DNA of 64,000 nucleotides from an uncultured archaeon (GTDB lineage Archaea; Micrarchaeota; Micrarchaeia; Anstonellales; Anstonellaceae): NCBI GenBank assembly GCA_902384555.1, contig CABMCD010000027.1, positions 25,067 to 89,066 of the forward strand, read 5' to 3'. Shown piece by piece: positions 21,125 to 31,700 of this stretch (position 1 is its first letter; each line of letters starts with the position of its first letter). The notes under the pieces were generated by a model. It saw only the letters and a program-made list of their open reading frames with translations, ran no database searches and was not told where the DNA came from. The position numbers and the translations under genes were made by a program.

Positions 21125-21871
21125 GTGGAGAGCCGCATGGCCGGACCCGCAGCCCCCGCGCAAAAATCCGCCGCCCCCGCCCCATACGCCGACCCCGCCA
21201 TGATGAGCGAGACCGGCTCCGACTTCGCCATGCGCGCCTGGGCCGTGACGTCTTCGGGAATGAACGGCTTCGGCCAGGCCGGGGCCAAGCTGTGGGATTT
21301 GCGCATGATGGGAAAGGCCATCGAGGCCCAGCCCAATTGCGCGGACTGCGGGCAGAAGCTGCATATCCTTGCGGCCGTCATGCTCTCGCAGATGGCCCAA
21401 TCGGAGTGGGGCACGCTGGGCAAGGCCCATTACCAGTCCTTCCCCGGCCCGCGCGCCAAGTGGCCGGCCATCAACAATTCCGGCAACATCGTGCAGGCCA
21501 ACTACTTTATCGCCAAATACATCAACGCGGACGACTTGCAGCGCTGGCTGGCGGATGAGAAAAATTCCGTCCTGCGCGATTCGGGCTCCTGCGAGGACAA
21601 GCTGGACTACATCATGGCGCTCGCGGAGGCCATGAAGCGCGCGGGCGGGCGGGACTTTGCCCGCAAAGGCTTTGACGAGCGCGAGCGGGTGCTGGTCCGC
21701 GCGGCCGTGGGCCAGCTGGAATACATGGCCAATGTGGAGGACAAGAAGGGCAGCCACGGATATGAGATGTATGTGAAGGCGCTGGCCCGCACATTCGGCA
21801 TCGATTCTTCCGCCATGGCCTCGTTCGTGAACAACAAGGCGCGGGCGGAGGAATACCTCGGCCGCGGATGA
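21125..21871 (+). CDS. hypothetical protein
   Basis: 248 aa ORF with balanced composition. The competing minus-strand ORF 21107..21757 is Gly/Ala/His-rich junk. Confidence 0.45.
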   Translation: MESRMAGPAAPAQKSAAPAPYADPAMMSETGSDFAMRAWAVTSSGMNGFGQAGAKLWDLRMMGKAIEAQPNCADCGQKLHILAAVMLSQMAQSEWGTLGKAHYQSFPGPRAKWPAINNSGNIVQANYFIAKYINADDLQRWLADEKNSVLRDSGSCEDKLDYIMALAEAMKRAGGRDFARKGFDERERVLVRAAVGQLEYMANVEDKKGSHGYEMYVKALARTFGIDSSAMASFVNNKARAEEYLGRG

Positions 21872-21902
21872 AAAAGGGGAAAAAGAACTTTAAAAGAAAA
21901 AA

Positions 21903-23018
21903 CTAGACGCCCAGCTCTTTCTTCACCTGCTCCAGCGCGTCGAGGCCCTTGTCGATGCGGGCCATGTCCACGTCGCCCATGTTGCAGAAGCGCAAGGTCG
22001 TGTCCTTCCAGTCGGCATGGCCTCCGCCCAGCTTGATTTTGTGCGTGCCCTCCAGCGCGCGGCTCACGTCGGAGTTCTTCTGCACGTAGAAGGCGGTGAC
22101 GGTGGAGGATTCGAAGCCGGGCTCGATGACCAGCTTGAGGCCCATGGCCGAGAGGCGCGAGCGGATGTGGGCCGCCATCTTGGCGTGGCGGGCCTCGAAG
22201 GCCGATGGGCCCTCCTTTTCATAGAGGTCGAGGGCCACTTCGAGCGAGTAGAGGAGCGTGACGGCCGGCGTGGTGGGGTGCTCGTTCTTCTCCGCGTTCT
22301 TGCGGTATTCCTTGAGGTTCATGAAATTGGTGCGCCGCGGCGCGGCGTCCACGGCCTTGATGCCGTCCTCGCACAGCCCGACCACGGCGAGGCCGGAGGG
22401 CATGCCCAGCGCCTTTTGGGAGGCGAAGGAGTAGAAGTCCACGCCCATCTGCTTCTGGTTGAAGGGATAGGCCGGCCAGGCGGAGGTGCCGTCCACCAAG
22501 GTCAGCATGCCCATGCGTTTGGCATAGGGGCAGATTTCGCCGATTTTGTTGAGAATGCCGGGCGAAGTTTCGTGATGCACCATGGCCAGTAGCTTGTATC
22601 CGTCAGCGGCGGCCTGGTCGATGTGCTCTTTGGCGCGGGCAAGGTTCCAGCCCTGCGCATCCTTGAGGCGGATGAAACGCGTGTCGCCGCCTTTCTTTTC
22701 GGCGTTGTAATAGAGCCGGCAGTGCTCGTTTAATTTGTCGCCGAACGCGCCGTTGGAGAGCACCAGCACCTTGCCCCCGTCGGGCAGGGCGGCCTGCACG
22801 TTGGCCTCGATGGCGAGGGTGCCCGAGCCGGTCATCACGTGCGCCTCGGAGCAGGCCATGAGCTTGGCGAGGGTGGTGCGGATGGGGCCGTAGATGGACT
22901 GGAAGGCCTTGCCGCGGTGGTTAATCATGCTCCAAGTCTGGGCCTCGGCCACGGCCGGAAGCACGGCCACGGGGCCGGGGGTGAAGAGTTGCAGGACGGG
23001 GGGCTTGATAACAGACAT
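21903..23018 (-). CDS. class V aminotransferase (serine-pyruvate/phosphoserine aminotransferase-like)
   Basis: PLP fold type I class V pattern (FTPGPV...SQKALGMPSGLAV with PLP lysine). Confidence 0.8.
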   Translation of the reverse strand: MSVIKPPVLQLFTPGPVAVLPAVAEAQTWSMINHRGKAFQSIYGPIRTTLAKLMACSEAHVMTGSGTLAIEANVQAALPDGGKVLVLSNGAFGDKLNEHCRLYYNAEKKGGDTRFIRLKDAQGWNLARAKEHIDQAAADGYKLLAMVHHETSPGILNKIGEICPYAKRMGMLTLVDGTSAWPAYPFNQKQMGVDFYSFASQKALGMPSGLAVVGLCEDGIKAVDAAPRRTNFMNLKEYRKNAEKNEHPTTPAVTLLYSLEVALDLYEKEGPSAFEARHAKMAAHIRSRLSAMGLKLVIEPGFESSTVTAFYVQKNSDVSRALEGTHKIKLGGGHADWKDTTLRFCNMGDVDMARIDKGLDALEQVKKELGV

Positions 23019-23179
23019 GCGAAGACCTCCATTTGGATATTCATGCGATTATGGGTTGTCTTGCTTCGAGTATTGGACATCAACCTTTTTACGGGTTTAG
23101 AGGGGGCGAGAGGCTATCGCGTTGGACGGACGCGGGCGGGGATTGTGGGATTTTAAACCCCGCGGCCCCGAAGAAAAAC

Positions 23180-24106
23180 ATGGCAAAGGACGGCATGCGC
23201 GGGCTTGGCGGGGTGCGACCGGCCAAAAAAAATGAGGAAAAACAGTCCGGCGCCGTGCGCAGCTTCATCCGCAAGGTCGGAACGTCCGGCCTTCTTCTGA
23301 TTCCGGTTTCCGCGCTGGTTTTCACCCTGTCCACCCAACGGCTTTCCGCCCAGCGGGCGGAAGACTCGCTCAAGGTGCCGGGCATCGAGCTGAAACAGGA
23401 GACCGGCAAGCTGCCGTATGCCCGCAGCGAGAAGCTGGATACCAACCAGATGCGGGAGCGCGCCGAGGCGGTCATGGACACTATCGCGAGCCGCTACCCC
23501 CTGCTGGCGGCCAACTGGCGGGTGGGCCGGCGCTACGAGCGCCTGCCCGACACGCTGGAGGTCAGCATCGAGCACGACCCGCCGTTCAACAGCATCGAGT
23601 GCGAGGGCAAGTCCGTGCGCCGGGACGTGAGCACCTCGCGCTCGGCCATCACGCTCAACGCCGACCGGCCGTTGCTCACCGATGAACTGGCCATCCACAT
23701 CAGCCAAGCACTGTGCATGCACAACTTCTTTGGCGAAAAGACGCCCTTTGACGTGAACAACGAATTGGTGATGGGAGACCTGCTGGCCTCCACCCTCACC
23801 GACATTCCCGTGCGCCGGGACCACAAGGCCGGGCCGGACGAATCGGCCGTATTCTTCTTCGCCAAGCTCGTGGGGCCGGAGGAGTTCCTGCGGGCCTATG
23901 CGGGCGAGAACACCGACAAGCTGCGCCAGGCTTATGACGCGCGATTCGGGGCCGGAAAGTATGAGCAGCTTCTGCAGGCTCCCGACAAGATGCGTAAAAT
24001 CATCGAGCATGCCAAGGCCGTTGGCATGGGCCGGGACAAGGTCGCGAGCATGGTGAAAGAGCAGGCCAAGGAATGCGGCTGGACTGTCCAGCCCGGCTTG
24101 TGGTGA
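23180..24106 (+). CDS. membrane-anchored hypothetical protein
   Basis: Start at MAKDGMRG. One N-terminal TM helix (SGLLLIPVSALVFTLS) then a soluble domain. No known motif. Confidence 0.45.
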   Translation: MAKDGMRGLGGVRPAKKNEEKQSGAVRSFIRKVGTSGLLLIPVSALVFTLSTQRLSAQRAEDSLKVPGIELKQETGKLPYARSEKLDTNQMRERAEAVMDTIASRYPLLAANWRVGRRYERLPDTLEVSIEHDPPFNSIECEGKSVRRDVSTSRSAITLNADRPLLTDELAIHISQALCMHNFFGEKTPFDVNNELVMGDLLASTLTDIPVRRDHKAGPDESAVFFFAKLVGPEEFLRAYAGENTDKLRQAYDARFGAGKYEQLLQAPDKMRKIIEHAKAVGMGRDKVASMVKEQAKECGWTVQPGLW

Positions 24107-24110
24107 AACC

Positions 24111-25010
24111 ATGGCTCCGGCGCTTTTTCAAGCCATGAAAGGATGGGTTCGGCCCGGGCCGGATGAGCCGCAGGCCGCGCCTCCGGCCAAGGTTCCGGCA
24201 CCCGCTGGGGCCGAAACGCTGACCTCTGCGCGCCTCACACAATTGCTGGCGGGCCTGAACGACGCCAATTATCAGGTGCGCCTGCTGCCTGAGCTGGAGA
24301 ATCTGACCAGACTGGACCTGAAAAAACAGGCCGAGGCCAATGCGCTCATCAACAACTGGGCCAAGACCCACAAACTGGACGAAAACCAGAGAAAATTCCT
24401 CTACGAGCTGGCGGCGGCCACCGCCCCGGCCGCGGCCGCGCTGCAGGCCGACAAGGATTACCTGCTCACAGCCGACGGATTCCGCAAGCAGAACGGCCCG
24501 TACAGGGAGAAGAGCAACAACTGCCGCCATTACGGATTCAAGCTCTACTATCAGGGTTTGGGGCCGCTGTTGGAGCCCGGGCTTTCCAAGACGCTTGGGA
24601 AAAAAATCTACGGGCGCCCGTCCGGCTTCGACTGGCAGTCCAGCGGCATCAAGCGCTATCCGGCCCGGGACTGGGACCGCATGAGTCAGGACCAGAAGGA
24701 CGCCAAGCTGGCCGGGCGGCCCACGTTTGTCTACTACACCTATGACTCCAAGGATTTGGACGCCATCCTCAAGACGCTCAAGCCCGGCGACCTCATCGGC
24801 GTGGACCGCAATCCCCGCACCCAAAATGCGCACGTGGGCATTTACGTGGGCGACGGGCAAATCATCCACATCGGCCGGCCCCTCTACCGCGACGACCTCA
24901 AGGACTTCGTGCGCCGGGCGCACACAGTGACGGTGTACAAGCTGGTGCGCCGCAACATGGAAAAGCCGGACTTGTCGATGCTGATGAGCGGCGAGCCGGT
25001 CGGGGACTGA
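24111..25010 (+). CDS. NlpC/P60 (CHAP-like) papain-fold domain protein
   Basis: C-terminal LKPGDLIGV...HVGIYVGDGQIIHIG block (His/His of NlpC/P60) with a candidate catalytic Cys in NNCRHYGF. No signal peptide. Confidence 0.5.
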   Translation: MAPALFQAMKGWVRPGPDEPQAAPPAKVPAPAGAETLTSARLTQLLAGLNDANYQVRLLPELENLTRLDLKKQAEANALINNWAKTHKLDENQRKFLYELAAATAPAAAALQADKDYLLTADGFRKQNGPYREKSNNCRHYGFKLYYQGLGPLLEPGLSKTLGKKIYGRPSGFDWQSSGIKRYPARDWDRMSQDQKDAKLAGRPTFVYYTYDSKDLDAILKTLKPGDLIGVDRNPRTQNAHVGIYVGDGQIIHIGRPLYRDDLKDFVRRAHTVTVYKLVRRNMEKPDLSMLMSGEPVGD

Positions 25011-25039
25011 ACAAGAAAGTGAAGCCGTCCGGTCTCCGT

Positions 25040-25654
25040 TCAATCCAGAATCTCTTTGGCCAGAATTTTCATGCCCTTGTCGAACTCGTAGACATGGGGC
25101 ACGCCGGTCGGGATTTCGAGCTTGAGCACGTCTTCCTTCGAGAGCTGGTCCAGGTGCATCACAATGGCGCGCAGGGAATTGCCGTGCGCGGCCACCAGCA
25201 CGTTCTGCCCGGCCCCAAGTTTGGGGACAATGGTTTGCTGGTAAAAGGGCCATGCGCGCGCGGCCGTATCGGCGAGGCATTCGCCTTTCGGCGGGCGCAC
25301 ATCATAGCTCCTTCTCCAGATGTGCACCTGCTCGGGGCCGTATTTTTGGCGCATTTCGTCCTTGTTCATGCCCTGCAGCGCGCCATAGTGCCGCTCGTTG
25401 AGGGCCGCGTCCTTGAGCACGGGCACCGAGGCTTGTTCCAAATCGCAAAGAAGGATGTCGAGGGTTTGCTGGGCGCGCAGCAGGCTTGAGGTGTAGGCCT
25501 GCTGGAAAATGAGGCCCTCTTCCAGAAGGGCCTGCGCGCCCGCGTGCGCCTCCTCCTCGCCATGGGGGGAGAGGGGCACGTCAATCCAGCCGGTGAAGCG
25601 GTTTTGCAGATTCCAGACGGATTGGCCGTGGCGGACCAGCGCCAAGTAGGACAT
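25040..25654 (-). CDS. gpmA: 2,3-bisphosphoglycerate-dependent phosphoglycerate mutase
   Basis: LVRHGQSVWN...RFTGW...HGNSLRAI histidine phosphatase motifs. Confidence 0.85.
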   Translation of the reverse strand: MSYLALVRHGQSVWNLQNRFTGWIDVPLSPHGEEEAHAGAQALLEEGLIFQQAYTSSLLRAQQTLDILLCDLEQASVPVLKDAALNERHYGALQGMNKDEMRQKYGPEQVHIWRRSYDVRPPKGECLADTAARAWPFYQQTIVPKLGAGQNVLVAAHGNSLRAIVMHLDQLSKEDVLKLEIPTGVPHVYEFDKGMKILAKEILD

Positions 25655-25705
25655 GAACGGGCATAAGCGACGAAGATTTATAATCTATCAGAAGGTCTTT
25701 CTCCC

Positions 25706-28700
25706 GTGTTTGTCCTGCAGATGGGTGCCCTCAAGCCGGACGCTTCAAACCAGCCCGCTAGCGGAGGCGCCGACGCCCTGTTCTCCTCCTCTTCTTTCGC
25801 CCAGATGCTCAAGGCCGCGCTCTACAATATGGACATGATCGGGGGCGGGCAGGTGCGCCTCACCCCCCTGCTGCCGACCTTCGGCGCGCAGGAGCAGCAG
25901 GAGGCGCTGCAAAAAGTGCTGGACGGCATGGGCCGCAACGACGTGGCCGTGGAGGTGCGCGACCAGGGACTGTATTTGCGCAAGCTTCCCCCCAAACAGA
26001 ACGAGGACGTGGTGCTCACCCACGTGCAGCCGGGCACCACCTTCCCCTTCCGCTTCCCGCCCGTCGACCCGGGCATGCGCGTGGAGGACGTGCTCGATGC
26101 GGTGCTCACCCAGCAGCTGGGGCCGCGCATGGCGGCCATGGACCCGGCGCAGGCCGAGGATTTGAAACAGATATACGGCACGCTGGCGGAGCGCTACCGC
26201 GACGACCCGACGCACGAGCACCGCGTGGATGTGACGATGGGCGAGGACGGCAAGTGGAAGGCCGCCGAAGTGCAGGCGGTTCCGGTGCCGATGGGCGCCA
26301 AGGAGGCGATGGAGCAATTCAGGGCCAAACCGGGCGTGGAGAGCGCGCTGGACGCCATTCGGGCCGTCAAAACGGAGATGGACGGGAAGAAAACAACGGG
26401 GGCGGGGCAGAAAAAATACGACAGCTCGCTGCGCCAGCAATACCTTCTGCCCATCCTCTCCGCCCTCACGCCGCAGGAAAGAACCGAACTGGTGCAGAAA
26501 ATCGGCACCGACCCGCGCTTCGAGCGGGAGGAAAAGGACTATCTTCGCCAGCAGCTGGCCAAGACCTCTTCGTATGTGCAGGGCAAGCCCGCGCTTCTCA
26601 AGCTTGGTGCGGGGCTGAAGGGGCTGGACCTGCCCGAATTGCAGGAGCGCATGAAGCGGACCGTGGACATCTATCTGTCCAGCCCCGGCTCCAATCTCGG
26701 CACGGCCGCCGCCCAAACCTTCAACAAGCTCTTTGCGGACGCGCTTGGAAAATGCACCAGCGTGGAGCAGTACCGCCAAGTGGTCCAATACGGCTTCAGC
26801 CTCGTCTCGGGCACCTATTTGCAGAAAATCACCTATGACAAGGGCGAGAAGAAAGGCCAGCTCGTGATTGACATTGAGCAGATGGCCAAGCAGGGGATGG
26901 GCGGCCCGAACATGCAGGGGGCGGTGCGCAGCGAGCAGATGCTGGCCTTCCTCACGGGCAAATACAACGAGATGAAGGACGAGCTGGAATCGGAGGCGCG
27001 CTTTTCCTATGCCCGCGCCATGAATATCAGCTCGTATCGGCTGACCTACCAGAACGGCAAGCCCGTGCTGGAACCCAACCCCGACATTCCGGCCGGCCCG
27101 CTCTCGCCCTATGCGCCCGCCAACCTCGCCAAGAACATGCCCAAGGACCCGGCCGCGCGCGAGAATTATTTGCAAACCAAAATCAACGAGATGCAGGCAC
27201 TGGAAAGCCGCTCGCGGCTTCAGCGCGTGATGGGATACGAGCAGCCGCTCACCGTCACGGAAGGCGGCGGCACGCGGCACGTGCCGGGCTACATGGATTT
27301 GGTGAATGACCCGCATTTTCTGGCCGACGGCGGCCTGCGCATGAACTGGAACGGCGACGCGCGGAAGCGGGCGGACGTGGGCTTCTTTTTGCTCAATTCC
27401 GCCTTCGCGGCCGAGCAGACGGCGGACAGTTATGCCGCGGCGCCGGGCTCCGAGCGCGGCGTGGCGCGCCTGCGCCAAATCGCAAAAGCCTACCAGCAAT
27501 TGGAGAAGGACTTCAAGGCCGGCAAGCTGGACATCGTGGACGCGCTGGACGGCGCGCGGGATTTGCAGAAGCAGTTCGACGCCACCATGCAAAAGCTGCC
27601 CCAAGACTTGTTCGTGGCCGGCGGGCACGCCACCCTCTTCGGCATGGAGGTGGACAGCGAATTCTTCCGCTGGACGGTGGCCAACAAGGCGGCCATCGGC
27701 ACCGTGGTGTTCACCGGCATGTCGCTTATTCCGGGCGGGCAAATCGGCTCGGCCATCGGCTTCACCTACATGGCCGCCAACGACATCTACGAGGGCATAC
27801 GCAGCGGCAATGCCGAGCAAATCATCATGGGCAGCGCCATGCTGCTGCCTTTCGCCGGCACGGCCATGATGGCGCGGGCCGGGCGGCTGGCCGAGGTGGG
27901 CGAGGCGGCCGGCGCCCTGCGCTGGACGCGGGCGGGAACGGCTGCCTCCCGCACGGGCGAGGTGGTGCTCTATGCCGGCATGGGCAAGGGCGCGTGGGAA
28001 ATATACAAAGGCATCAATGAGGGCTATTTCAGCTACAGCTCCGACATCGGCAGCATAGGCTCGCTGGTGCTGCCCGTCGGCATCATGCACACGGCCAAGG
28101 CGCTGAAGACGAAAACGGTGAGCGGCAAAGCCGAAGTGAAGGGGGAAACCGCCAAGGTGCCGGCCGAAGTGAAGGAGGAGCCCGGCACCAAAACACAAAT
28201 GCCCGCGCCCAATGAAGTGGAAACCAAGACGGCCTCGCTTGAGACCGGCAAGACGGGCACGGCCGTGGCGGGGCTGGATGTGGATGCGGCGAAGCGGCCG
28301 CTGAGCCAGCTGGGAGCGAATAAGACAACCGACGCAGCGGCCAACAAGGGCGCAGAGGAGACGACCGCGCTTCCGACCGAGGTTGAGGCCCGGCAGTGGG
28401 AAGTATTCAGGGAATTCTGCATCAAAGCGGCGGAAGACTACGCGCAATACGAACGGGAGCACCCGGACGTGAATGAGACAGACCCGCTCAACAACACGCC
28501 CGCAAGCGTGCTCTCAAAGAATTACGACCAGCTGGTGGAACTGGCCAAGACCAATGAGCTGGCCGCCATGAAACTGCAGTGGCTGACGAAATATTCGCCC
28601 GACTTTTTCCAAAGCGCGGATGGAGGCCGCGTGCGACAGCTGGTCCTGGCCGGGCAGGACAATCCGCTGCTCATGGAAGTGGCGCGCGACTTGGCTTGGC

Positions 28701-31700
28701 GCAGACCGCAGCTGCTTGACCCCGCATCCTTGGCCGTGGTGCTCAACGAGTCCGGCCAAGCCACCGCCCGGATTATGCAGGGAGGCGGAAAATTCGATTA
28801 CCCTCTGGCCCTGCACATATTCTCGGTCAACCCGGCTCTTCTGGCGGAGGAGGCCCCCATGCAGGCGCTGCTCAAATGGGCGCACAACAGCCGCGACCCC
28901 GCCGCCTTCAGGCTCATCGACCGGCTGGTGAACGACCCCGGCCTGCCGCAGGCCCGCGAGTCGTTGTACAAGGCGTTCGACGCAATGACCTTCCACGAAT
29001 TGGATGTCCGCAATCCGGCCGCGCAGAAGTTTGAGGGAACGGAAAATCTGCTGCGCCGCTTCGACCGCTGGCGGGACGACCTCGGCACGCAACCTAGGCC
29101 GGTTCTGACGGCGGAAGAGCAGGCCCAGTGGAACGCGGTCGAGCTGCTGCTTAGCGATGTTGGAAAGTTCGAGGCCACCTACACCGACCCCGCCAGCCCC
29201 CTCGCCGACCCCATCAACCGGCTGCCCCCGGAGCTGTTTTCCAAGAATTACGTCCGCCTGCTTGAACTGTGCAAAGAAAGCGAATACGGCCCCCAAATCC
29301 TCTCCATCCTCATCCGGCGGACCCCCGAAATATTCGACGACCCGGGCCATAGGCGGATGCGGCAGCTGCTGGGGGCGGCGGAGGACTCGCCCCGGCTCTG
29401 GGACGCCGTCGCCGAGCTGGCCGGCGAGCGGCCCGACCTGTTCAACGACCAGAGCATCGGGCAGTTGTTCAGCAACTATCCGGCAGATCAGGCCCCCATG
29501 TGGCTGGTGTCCAAACTGGCGAAATCCCAGCCCTGGCTGATGGGAGGGGAGCGGGCCATGGACGCCCTGCTGCGCTTCAATGCCTTTGATGAGGCCGGCT
29601 TGGTGCTCCGCACCCTCAACAACTCGCATGCCACCAATGCCTTCTGTCTGGCCGCCTGGCAGGAGCTGCCCTTCCTGCAAAGTCTCACGTTCCGGGACGT
29701 GCACTCCATGTTCGAGCCCCTCAAAAACTACGAGCCGTTTCCCGGCAACAAGTACCCCTATCAGGAAGTGCCGGAGCTCCTGCGCTCCATGCAAAGTCTC
29801 GAAGCCCGAAGCCCCGGCGCGGTGGCCGACCTCTACAACGGATTTGGAATCCGCCGCTTCGACCGCTATTCGGCCGAGGAGATGGCGCAGCAGCATGATA
29901 ACCAGCAATATGCCCAACAGAGCGGACAGGCGCCCCAGACCGACAAGCCCGTCCTGCTGTGGATAACGGCCGTCAATGACCACAACGGCGTGTTCGCCAC
30001 CCACAGCGGCAAGATTCAGAACCTCAAGAACGATTTCAACGTCATTTACGTGGAGGCCGGGAACAAGCTGGAGCTGGCCAGCCGCTTCGGCCGCACCCTG
30101 CGCGCGTATAATCCCGACAACCAGCCGGTGACGGTGGCCGTCAACATGCACGGCAGCGGATTTTCCGGGGAACTGGGTTCGGGCCGGCACGGGGACCTGA
30201 ACACGGGAGACGTGATTCTGAACCGCAATTACGACCCCTACCTGCCCGCCGGCTCGGCGGTGCTGTGGATATCCTGCAAGCTGGGCCAAGAGGGCGGGCT
30301 GGCCCACAAATTCATGCAGAAATATGACAAATACTTCGTGACCGGCTTCGACGGCTCCACCGGCTTTGACAACATCAACTACATGGGAAAGTCGAAAGGC
30401 TACTTTGAGTTCGACATCACCCCCAACCGCTCGGACGTGAGAGTGATAAGCTCCGAGCCCCCGACGCCGGAAGTGAAAACCGGCAAGGCCGCCGCGACGG
30501 GCAACGCGTATGAGCCGGCCGCCCAGATAACGCCCGAACAGACGAACCCGGTTGCGGCGGAAAAGACGGCCGCGGGCGTGGCGGCGGAAGGGGAAGCGCC
30601 CAAGCTGAGCGAGAAGCAGATGGAGGAGCAGGCCATCCTGCACGACGCCAAGAACGCGGTGGTGGCCTGCGACACGCCAACGAAAGCCCTGCAGATGTAT
30701 CTGGACGCGTTTGCCGAATCTCCGGAACGGACGGCGCTGGAGGGCAACCTGAGCGCGCTGGAGGCCGACATTTCCATCATCAATCAGGGTTTCGACAAGC
30801 TCAGCAATCTCTCCGACCCCGCCTACCGCGCCAAGCTGGAAAAACAGAAGGCCGACATTTCCGGCCAACTCGGCGAAATCGGGCCCGACTACCGCGAGGA
30901 GGCGCAGAAGAAGCTGGACCAAATCAACCGGGATTTGGCCGATTTGGACGACCCGGATTACCGCGAGCGGCTGACGGCCGACTTGAGGGTGCGCTCCCGG
31001 CAGGTGGAGGCGAAGATGAAGGAAGTCAACCTCGAAGTGGACCGGCTCATGAACGCGAATTCCCTCTCTGAGGCCGATGCGGCGGACATCGGCATGTTCA
31101 ACAACGGCCTGCGCAACAACGGCGCCGACCTGCATGGCGCGCTGGGCGAACTGCGGGCGCTGGACGAAACCGGAGTCCACCAGCCGGAGGTGGGCGAATA
31201 CAACATCGTGGCCGCAGTCCGGAACTATTTCAAGTCGGCCTCCAAAAGCGGGAGCAAGTTCGGGGCCAACGTGAGCGTGTTGGAAGTGGGCCCCGACGGG
31301 ACGCGCCGGGAGGCGGGCGACCATTTCACGGCCCTCTACGACCCCACCCTGCTGCGCCGCGCGGTGGGCAACCTGTGCTCCAACGCCGAGCGCTACGGCA
31401 ACTCCAAGGCTTGGATGGAAGTCGAGATTACCCCCACCGAAGTGAGAATCCGGGTGATGGACGACGGGCCGGGCTTTAGGCCGCAGGACGTGGGGCGGGC
31501 GTTCGATTTCAAGAGCGGGATTGAGAATTACGGCAACAAGAAATCGTCGCAGGTGGGCTTGAGCACGGTGAAGCTGGACGTGGAGAAGATGGGCGGCACG
31601 GTCGCGATTACCGACGGGCCGCAGCTGGGCGGCGGGCCGACCACCGTGGAAATCCGACTGCCGAGAGGAAAGGGAGTGGAAGGGGAGACGGGCGCGGAAA

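Noticed and set aside
21107-21757. 216-aa minus-strand ORF opposite the 21125..21871 hypothetical gene
   Set aside because: Gly/Ala/His/Leu/Arg-rich junk-like translation. The plus-strand product has normal amino acid diversity.
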